NCBI GenBank assembly: GCA_964016885.1
Contig: OZ024759.1
Coordinates: 8,246,001 to 8,310,000, forward strand
Reading direction: 5' to 3'
DNA length: 64,000 nucleotides
Origin: Eledone cirrhosa
Taxonomy: Eukaryota
The notes beneath the pieces were generated by a model. The model did not search any database. It saw only the letters and a program-made list of their open reading frames with translations, and had not been told where the DNA came from. Shown here piece after piece: positions 54,401 to 64,000 of the stretch (position 1 is the stretch's first letter; each line of letters begins with the position of its first letter). A program made the position numbers and the translations under genes.

Positions 54401-56248
54401 ACGCCATGTTAGGGTGGTGGATTGGCAGTATCGGTAGAGGGTTGGACGCCATGTTAGGGTGTGAACTGGCAGTATAGGTAGAGGGTTGGACGCCATGTTA
54501 GGGCGGTGAATTGGCAGTATAGGTAGAGGGTTGGACGCCATGTTAGGGTGGTGGATTGGTAGTATCGGTAGAGGGTTGGACGCCATGTTAGGGTGGTGAA
54601 CTGGCAGTATCGGTAGAGGGTTGGACGCCATGTTAGGGTGGTGAACTGGCAGTATCGGTAGAGGGTTGGACGCCATTTTAGGGTGTGAACTGGCAGTATC
54701 GGTAGAGGGTTGGACGCCATGTTAGGGTGGTGAATTGGCAGTATCGGTAGAGGGTTGGACGCCATGTTAGGGTGGTGGATTGGCAGTATCGGTAGAGGGT
54801 TGGACGCCATTTTAGGGTGTGAACTGGCAGTATCGGTAGAGGGTTGGACGCCATGTTAGGGTGGTGGATTGGCAGTATCGGTAGAGGGTTGGACGACATG
54901 TTAGGGTGTGAACTGGCAGTATCGGGAGAGGGTTGGACGCCATGTTAGGGCGGTGAATTGGCAGTATAGGTAGAGGGTTGGACGCCATGTTAGGGTGGTG
55001 GATTGGCAGTATCGGTAGAGGGTTGGACGCCATGTTAGGGTGGTGAACTGGCAGTATCGGTAGAGGGTTGGACGCCATGTTAGGGGGGTGAACTGGCAGC
55101 ATCGGTAGAGGGTTGGACGCCATGTTAGGGTGGCGGATTGGCAGTCTCGGTAGAGGGTTGGACGCCATGTTAGGGTGGTGAACTGGCAGTATCGGTAGAG
55201 GGTTGGACGCCATGTTAGGGTGGTGGATTGGCAGTATCGGTAGAGGGTTGGACACCATGTTAGGGTGGTGAACTGGCAGTATCGGTAGAGGGTTGGACGC
55301 CATGTTAGGGCGGTGGATTGGCAGTATCGGTAGAGGGTTGGACGCCATTTTAGGGTGGTGAACTGGCAGTATCGGTAGAGGGTTGGACGCCATGTTAGGG
55401 TGGTGAACTGGCAGTATCGGTAGAGGGTTGGACGCCATGTTAGGGTGGTGAACTGGCAGTATCGGTAGAGGGTTGGACGCCATGTTAGGGTGGTGAACTG
55501 GCAGTATCGGTAGAGGGTCGGACGCCATGTTAGGGTGGTGAACTGGCAGTATCGGTAGAGGGTTGGACGACATGTTAGGGTGTGAACTGGCAGTATCGGG
55601 AGAGGGTTGGACGCCATGTTAGGGCGGTGAATTGGCAGTATAGGTAGAGGGTTGGACGCCATGTTAGGGTGGTGGATTGGCAGTATCGGTAGAGGGTTGG
55701 ACGCCATTTTAGGGTGGTGAACTGGCAGTATCGGTAGAGGGTTGGACGCCATGTTAGGGTGGTGAACTGGCAGTATCGGTAGAGGGTTGGACGCCATGTT
55801 AGGGTGGCGGATTGGCAGTCTCGGTAGAGGGTTGGACGCCATGTTAGGGTGGTGAACTGGCAGTATCGGTAGAGGGTTGGACGCCATGTTAGGGTGGTGA
55901 ACTGGCAGTATCGGTAGAGGGTTGGACGCCATGTTAGGGTGGTGAACTGGCAGTATCGGTAGAGGGTTGGACGTCATGTTAGGGTGGTGGATTGGCAGTA
56001 TCGGTAGAGGGTTGGACGCCATGTTAGGGTGGTGGATTGGCAGTATCGGTAGAGGGTTGGACGCCATGTTAGGGTGGTGAACTGGCAGTATCGGTAGAGG
56101 GTTGGACGCCATGTTAGGGTGGTGGATTGGCAGTATCGGTAGAGGGTTGGACGCCATGTTAGGGTGGTGGATTGGCAGTATCGGTAGAGGGTTGGACGCC
56201 ATGTTAGGGTGGTGGATTGGCAGTATCGGTAGAGGGTTGGACGCCATG
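51408..56248. repeat. 45-bp satellite (TTAGGGTGGTG[GATT/AACT]GGCAGTATCGGTAGAGGGTYGGACGCCATG), about 108 units, derived from the SINE head
   Basis: Unit equals the first ~42 nt of the SINE at 36479 plus TTA. The last unit continues into the SINE body. Confidence 0.97.
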
Positions 56249-56396
56249 CTTTCTAGCATAGTTACGTCCCTTTACGGTTTGAGTTCAAATCCCGCCGAGG
56301 TTAACTTTGCCTTTCGTCCTTACGGGGTCGATAAAATAAAAAGTACCAGTAATGTACTGGGTAATTGCTGGCCTTGTGCCAAATGTAGAAACAATT
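56207..56396 (+). mobile_element. tRNA-type SINE terminating the 45-bp array
   Basis: Colinear with 36479-36664, including B-box, central domain and GTAGAAACAAT tail. Confidence 0.93.
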
Positions 56397-56878
<482 letters not shown>

Positions 56879-56953
56879 TAGGAAAAAGTATGACCCCGAC
56901 GGCAGAGCTCAAGCCCTTTCGATGGCTATTTCTGGACTCAGTGTGTTGAAACA

Positions 56954-57158
56954 GATATTGTTATACTTTGGGAGGGTCATATTGCCAATAAAAACACACA
57001 CACCTGTCTGTTTTCACTTCAATTTATTATAAATTCTCAGTTGATTGGTCCAATAAGCGGAACGCTCTTTTGTCACCCATTCTGTGACCTCCTCAGTGAC
57101 TGAATTCTTATTTTGTGCCTGTCCTTTGTTCTGTTCTACACCATCTTGTTTTTGTGTG
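56954..57158 (-). mobile_element. Penelope pLTR fragment related to 19265-19500
   Basis: ATATTGTTATACTTTGGGAGGGTCAT...TTCACTTCAATTTATTAT is shared. Confidence 0.8.
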
Positions 57159-57347
57159 TCGACATCACACGTATATGAGCTACAATGTAATATAGGAGGC
57201 CATCCCAGCCCAGCTTAACGTACATAGGTGTGAGCTGTAACAATATATACACACATATATATGAACTGCAATGTAATATAGGAGAGAGGCTGGACCATAA
57301 CAACAACAAAAGCAACAATATCTATATTTTGTCACAATATTCTAGAT

Positions 57348-59074
57348 CACAGGTTCTTAACCCATTTAGGCCAAACGCCCCCTTTTGCCCCTCGAAATCA
57401 CGAAACGCCCCTACCCTATTTTTCCATTTTTCAATATACTACTGATTTTGATATCTGTAGATTACTAAAAAATTGATTAACAATATTCCAAAGATACCAT
57501 TGCAGGCAGCTGGGAGTATAAACACATTCCTTGAAAGGAAATATATAAATTTCAAAAAAAGGAACATAAATGTTCTATTTTATGAATAAGGACCAGTTGA
57601 ATTTGTTATATTCCCACCAGACGATACCAAATATTTTGAACATTTATACAAGGGCAACTCTGTCTATCTCAAGAGTGGTCTTATCTGGAAGAAAGTGGCA
57701 ATTATATCATTTCAAAGCTTTCCAATGTTCCCTTTAATGAAACGGACAGAATAAATGTTGATATCTAACTTGATGTCCCCTCTGCTTTGTGAGCTTAGAG
57801 ACCACGGAAGAGGGTTTTCATGACCACGCTGGAGGGTATATTTATTAATAAATGGTAAAATATACACAACAAATGAGTAAGTGAATTGTAGTAGATGGTT
57901 TCCAGTTCAGTCAGACTGCAACTACAAATAAAAAAAATTGTTAGATTGCTTTGTAACAATAGCATATCTAAGTTTTCGGATAAATCAACTTACTTTAACT
58001 TTGACCTCATTTCAATGGGACCCTTGAACTTCATGGAGTCTAGCTAACTCTTTGACGTCAGGCTGGATTTTCGTAAGATGTAGCCGGAGATCTCCACATG
58101 TAATTACATTGTATTGGTTGCAAGACTTACTGTGCAGTCTGGAAACAGCACCAAAGCCCCTCTTGACTAAGTATGAGCTTGGAAAAGGCAAAGCAAATCT
58201 CTTAGCCTCTGCATGTAGGTGTGGAAATCGACGCTGAATTTCCTCTTGCATCCCAAAAAGGGGTTCACCTATTTTGGGAAATCTAATTTTGATCATGTCA
58301 TCTGCTTGAAGTTCAATGAATTCTTCCTGAAATATAACGTCCAAATCATCAACGTTAGCTATAAGGGATCTGCTACCCACATTGGGATGTCCATCGACAA
58401 AAGGTCGACAAACCGTTCTCTCATTTGTCTTGTAGCGCACGGAGGTGAGTGGTATAAATTTGGAGTTGGTCATCGCTTACAATGTTTTGAACATTGGCTA
58501 CACTAGGAAAATTATAGAATTCCCGTCAACAAAGATTCCTTTCGATGACATTCAATTTGGCCAGGAATGTTTTTACAGCATTCCTTGCTTTAAGCAAGGT
58601 GATCTTCTTCCTCTGCAAAGCCATAATGATGCTATTGCATTTGTCGACGATGTCGGTGAGGTAGGCGCAGTTTTGCCTCACATCGAGGGTTTTCTTGTAC
58701 AGTTCTGTATTGCGTCCTCGCAGAAACTCAATGATAGAGTCGAACAGTTCAAAGAAGTGAGTAAGGCACTTGCCCTTTGAAAGCCACCTCACTTCAGTAT
58801 GAAGGAGCAACTTGACGAATTCTTCGTCATTATCTTGGCACAGTTGGCGGAAAATTCGTTCATTGAGGGAATGCCGTTTGATAAAATTGATGACATCAGG
58901 GGCCACCTGCAAGGACTTGCTCAGCGGCTTGCTGAGTTTCTTCACAGCCAAGTGTTGTCGATGAATGACACAATGAACAACAAATACAGATAGATTTTCT
59001 CTCTTCAGAAGAGTGACGAAACTCTTATGTTGGCCGACCATTGCTCTTGCATCGTCCGTAGCACATGATACAAT
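57348..59074 (-). mobile_element. hAT (Buster/Charlie; ZBED5/SCAND3-like) transposon, 3' half, decayed
   Basis: IVSCATDDARAM, HCVIHRQHL, LLLHTEVRWLSKG, AYLTDI, LPFPSSYLVKRGF, GDLRL.LT.IQPD. Terminus CACAGGTTCTTAACC at 57348 is preceded by TTCTAGAT (nTCTAGAn target consensus). Confidence 0.9.
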
Positions 59075-62000
59075 GTGTGTTGTATTTGGTCCTAGATGTA
59101 TGTATTACCTGCCTGTGTGTTGTAGGTAGTCCTAGATGTATGTATTACCTGCTTATATATTGCATGTGGTCATAGATGTATGTATTACCTGATTATGTGT
59201 TGTATGTGGTCCTAGATGTATGTATTACTTTCCTGTGTGTTGTATGTGGCCCTAGATGTGTGCTACCTCCTTATGTGTTGCATATGGTCCTAGATGTGTG
59301 TATTACCTGCTTATGTGTTGTATGTGGTCCTAGATGTGTGTATTACCTGCTTATGTGTTGTATGTGGTCCTAGATGTGTGTGCTACCCGCTTCTGTGTTT
59401 TTGTTTCTTTTTTTCATTTGTAATATTATTTATACAATAGGGAATAAAATAGATCTACATAGTGTTAACTCGTTACGGTTGAGTCAATAATTTCAGACAG
59501 GATATACATGGTTATTGGTGAAGGAAAGACAAGATTCTAAGTGGCTGCTATTGAAGTGTCCCTGACTCAGTTGACTGTGGGTTTTTCCATTGTTCCTCAC
59601 CTGGTGACTGTGTTACCTGTCGCACCCCTCCCCTCCCTCACCTGGTGACTGTGTTACCTGTCACACCCCTCCCCTCTCTCACCTGGTGACTGTGTTACCT
59701 GTCACACCCCTCCCCTCTCTCACCTGGTGACTGTGTTACCTGTCACACCCCTCCCCTCTCTCACCTGGTGACTGTGTTACCTGTCACACCCATCCCTCAC
59801 CTGGTGAATGTCCTAGATGTGTGAATTACCTGGTGACTGTGTTCTATGTGGTCCTAGATGTGTGTATTACCTGCTTGTCTGTTGTATGTGGTCCTAGATA
59901 TGTGTATTACCTGCTTGTGTGTTGTATGTGGTCCTAGATATGTGTATTACCTGCTTGTGTGTTGTATGTGGTCCTAGATATGTGTATTACCTGCTTGTGT
60001 GTTGTATGTGGTCCTAGATATGTGTATTACCTGCTTGTGTGTTGTATGTGGTCCTAGATATGTGTATTACCTGCTTGTCTGTTGTATGTGGTCCTAGATA
60101 TGTGTATTACCTGCTTGTCTGTTGTATGTGGTCCTAGATATGTGTATTACCTGCTTGTCTGTTGTATGTGGTCCTAGATATGTGTATTACCTGCTTGTCT
60201 GTTGTATGTGGTCCTAGATATGTGTATTACCTGCTTGTCTGTTGTATGTGGTCCTAGATATGTGTATTACCTGCTTGTCTGTTGTATGTGGTCCTAGATG
60301 TATGTATTACCTGCTTGTGTGTTCTATGAGGTCCTAAATGTATGTATTACCTGCTTGTGTATTCTATGTGGTCCTAAATATGTGTATTACCTGCTTGTGT
60401 GTTGTATGTGATCCTAGATGTGATTATTACCTGCTGGTGTGTTGTAGGTGGTCCTAGATGTATGTACTACCTGCTTTTGTGTTGTATGAGGTCCTAGATA
60501 TATGTATTACCTGCTTGTGTGTTGTATGTGGTCCTATATGTATGTATTATCTGCTTATGTGTTGTATCTTATCCTAGATGTATGTATTACCTTCTTCTGT
60601 GTTGAATGTAGCCCTAGATGTGTGTATTACCTGCTTTTATGTCGTATATGGTACTGGATGTGTGTATTACCTGCTTCTATGTTGTATGTGGTCCTAGATG
60701 TATGCATTACCTGCTTGTGTGTTCTATGTGGTTCTAAATATGTTTATTACCTGCTTGTTTGATGTATGTGATCCTAGATGTTTGTAGTACCCGCTTGTGT
60801 GATGTATGTGGTCTGAGATGTATGTATTTCATGTTTGTGTGTTGTATGTGGCCCTAGATGAGTGTATTACCTGCTTGGTTGTTGTATGTGGTCCTAGATG
60901 TGTACATTACCTGCTTCTGTGTTATATTAGGTCCTAGATGTATGTATTACCTGATTGTGTGTTGTATGTGGTCCTAGATGTATGTATTACCTGCTTGTGT
61001 GTTGTATGTGGTCCTGGATGTATGTATTACCTGCTTGTGTGTGTCCTGTCGTCCTAGATGTATGTATTACGTGCTTGTGTGTTGTATGTGTTCCTTGATG
61101 TGTGTATTACTTGCTTGGGTGTTGTATGTGGTCCAACATGTATATACTACCTGCTTGTATGTTATATGTGGCCCTGGATATGTATATTACCTGCTGGTGT
61201 GTTGTATGTGGTCCTAGATGTATGAATTACCTACTGGTGTGTTGTATGTGGTCCTAGATGTATGTATTACCTGCTTGTATGTTGTATGTGCTCTTAGATG
61301 TGTGTATTACCTGCTTGTATTTTGTATTTGGTCCTAGATGTCTCTATTAACTGCTTGTGTGTTGTTTCGTGGTCCTAGATGTGTGTATGACCTGCTTGTG
61401 TGTTGTATGTGGTCCTAGATGTATGTATTACCTTCTTTTGCGTTGTATTTGGTCCTAGATATATGTACTACCTGCTTGTGTGTTGTATGTGGTCCTAGAT
61501 GTGTGTATTACCTGCCTGAGCGTTGTATCATGTCCAGGAGTATTTATTCCCTGCGTGTGTGTTGTATGAGGTCCTACATCTGTGTATTAACTTCTTGTGT
61601 GTTGTATATGGTCCTAAATCTATGTATTACCAGCTTGTGTGTTGCATATGGTTCTACATGTGTGTATTACCTGCTTATGTGGTGCATGTGGTCCTAGATG
61701 TATGTATTATCTGCTTGTGTTTTGTATGTGGTCCTAGATGTATGTATTACCCGCTTGTGTGTTTTATGTGGTCCTAGATGTGTGTATTACCTCGTTCTGT
61801 GTTGTATGTGGTCCTAGATGTATGTATTACCTGCTTATGTGTTGTATGTGGTCCTAGTTGTGTGTATTACCTGCTTGTATGTTGTATGTGGTCCTAGATA
61901 TATGTACTACCTGATTGTGTGTTGTATGTGGTACTAGATGTGTGTATTACCTGCTTGTGTGTTGTATGTGGTCCTACATGTGGGTATTACCAGCTTGTGT

Positions 62001-64000
62001 GTTGTATGTGATCCTAGATGTGATTATTACCTGATGGTGTGTTATATGTGGTCCTAGATCTGCATATTACCTGCTTGTGTGTTGTATGTGGTCCTAGATG
62101 TATGTATCACCTGCTTGTGTGTTGTATGTGGTCCTAGATGTATGTATTACCTGCTTGTGTGTTGTATGTGGTCCTAGATGTATGTATTACCTGATTGTAT
62201 AATACATGTGGTCCTAGATCTGCATATTACCTGCTTGTGTATTGTATGTGGTTCTAGATGTTTGTATTACCTGCTTGTGTGGTGCATGTGGTCCTAGATG
62301 TATGTAGTACCCGATTCTCTGTTGTGTGTGGTCCTATATGTGTATATTAACTGCTTGTGTGTCGTATGTAGTCTTAAATGTATGTATTACCTGCTTGTAT
62401 GTTGTATGTGGTCCTAGATGTGTGTATTACCTCTTTGTGTGGTGTATGTGGTCCTAGATGTATGTATTACCTGCTTGTGTATTGTATGTGGTCCTAGATG
62501 TATGTATTACCTGCTTGTGTGTTGTATGTGGTCCTAGATGTATGTATTACCTGATTGTGTGTTGTATGTTGTCCTAGATGTGTGTATTACCTGCTTGTGT
62601 GTTGTATGTGGTCCTAGATGTATGTATTACCTGCTTGTGTGTTGTATGTGGTCCTAGATGTATGTATTACCTGCTTGTGTGTTGTATGCGGTCCTAGATG
62701 TGTGTATTAACTGATTATGTGTTGTATGTGGTCCTAGATGTATGTATTACCTGCTTGTATGTTGTATTTGGTCCTAGATGTATGTATTACCTGCTTGTGT
62801 GATGTATTTGGTCCTAGATGTATGTATTACCTGCTTGTATGTTGTATGTGGTTCTAGATGTATGTATTACCTGCTTGTGTGTTGTATTTGGTCCTAGATG
62901 TATGTATTACCTGCTTGTGTGTTGTATGTGGTCCTAGATGTATGTATTACCTGCTTGTGTGTTGTATGTGGTCCTAGATGTATGTATTACCTGCTTGTGT
63001 GTTGTATGTGGTCCTAGATGTATGTATCACCTGCTTGTGTGTTGTATGTGGTCCTAGATGTATGTATCACCTGCTTGTGTATTGTATGTGGTTCTAGATG
63101 TTTGTATTACCTGCTTGTGTGGTGCATGTGGTTCTAGATGTATGTAGTACCCGATTCTCTGTTTGTGTGTGGTCCTAGATGTGTATATTATCTGCTTGTG
63201 TATCGTATGTAGTCTTCGATGTGTGTATTACCTGCTTGTGTGTTGTATGTGGTCCTAGATGTGTGTATTACCTGCTTGTGTTCTGTATTTGGTCCTAGAT
63301 GTATGTATTACCTCTTTGTGTGTTGGATTTGGTCCTAGATGTGTGTATTACCTGCTTGTATGTTGTATTTGGTCCTAGATGTATGTATTACCTCTTTGTG
63401 TGTTGTATGTGCTCCTAGATGTGTGTATTACCTGCTTGTATGTTGTATGTGGTCCTAGATGTATGTATGTATTACCTGTTTGTGTGTTGTATGTGGTCCT
63501 AGATGTGTGTATTACCTGCTTGTGTGTTGTATATGGTCCTAGATGTGTGTATTACCCGTTTGTGTGTTGTATGTGGTCCTAGATGTGTGTATTACCCGTT
63601 TGTGTGTTGTTTGTGGTCCTAGATGTATGTATTACCTGCTTGTGTATTGTATGTGGTCCTAGATGTATGTATTACCTACTTGTGTGTTGTATGTGGTCCT
63701 AGATGTATGTATTACCTGCTTGTGTGTTGTATGTGGTCCTAGATGTGTGTATTACCCGTTTGTGTGTTGTATGTGGTCCTAGACGTGTGTATCACCTGCT
63801 TGTGTGTTGTTTGTGGTCCTAGATGTATGTATTACCTGCTTGTGTATTGTATGTGGTCCTAGATGTGTGTATTACCTGCTTGTGTGTTGTATGTGGTCCT
63901 AGATGTGTGTATTACCTGTTTGTGTGTTGTATGTGCTCCTAGATGTGTGTATTACCTGTTTGTGTGTTGTATGTGGTTCTAGATGTGTGTATTACCTGCT
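59075..64000. repeat. 40-bp satellite (GTGTTGTATGTGGTCCTAGATGTRTGTATTACCTGCTTGT), more than 110 units, runs off the right edge
   Basis: Visible periodicity. Homogeneous at 59880-60300, more diverged elsewhere; interrupted at ~59398-59810. Confidence 0.97.
59596..59808. repeat. 41-bp minisatellite (CACCTGGTGACTGTGTTACCTGTCACACCCCTCCCCTCTCT), about 5 units, nested in the 40-bp array
   Basis: Direct inspection. Confidence 0.9.

Noticed and set aside
51408-56248. Telomere or interstitial telomeric array
   Set aside because: TTAGGG occurs singly per 45-bp unit, never as tandem (TTAGGG)n.
51324-56259. Pro-rich repeat protein (MASNPLPILPIHHPN)
   Set aside because: Antisense translation of a SINE-derived satellite, broken by 44-bp units.

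Overview
Repeat-saturated animal genomic DNA. The SINE, RTE, CR1 and Penelope families look like those of octopod cephalopods (inference, not tested). About 60% of the window is seven large minisatellite/satellite arrays (units of 41, 21, 42, 49, 39, 45 and 40 bp), which generate all the giant ORFs in the track; these are artefacts. The rest is microsatellites and decayed transposons: Penelope-like elements with hammerhead ribozymes, RTE and CR1-group LINEs, a tRNA-type SINE, a mariner, a hAT and a foldback MITE. Main observations: (1) four arrays lie in or against transposons: an amplified SINE Pol III head, an amplified RTE 3'UTR module, a 9.6-kb array between mariner TIRs, and an array abutting a hAT transposase. 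(2) Five small unique islands on the minus strand, spread over 35 kb, read as colinear pieces of an NPHP3/NACHT-TPR-like protein, apparently split at TACACA microsatellite seeds. (3) A hammerhead ribozyme has a 72-nt structured stem II extension supported by covariation. (4) There are many foldback inversions, and one SINE has a locally templated 5' junction. All protein and family similarities are by eye or from memory and need database confirmation.
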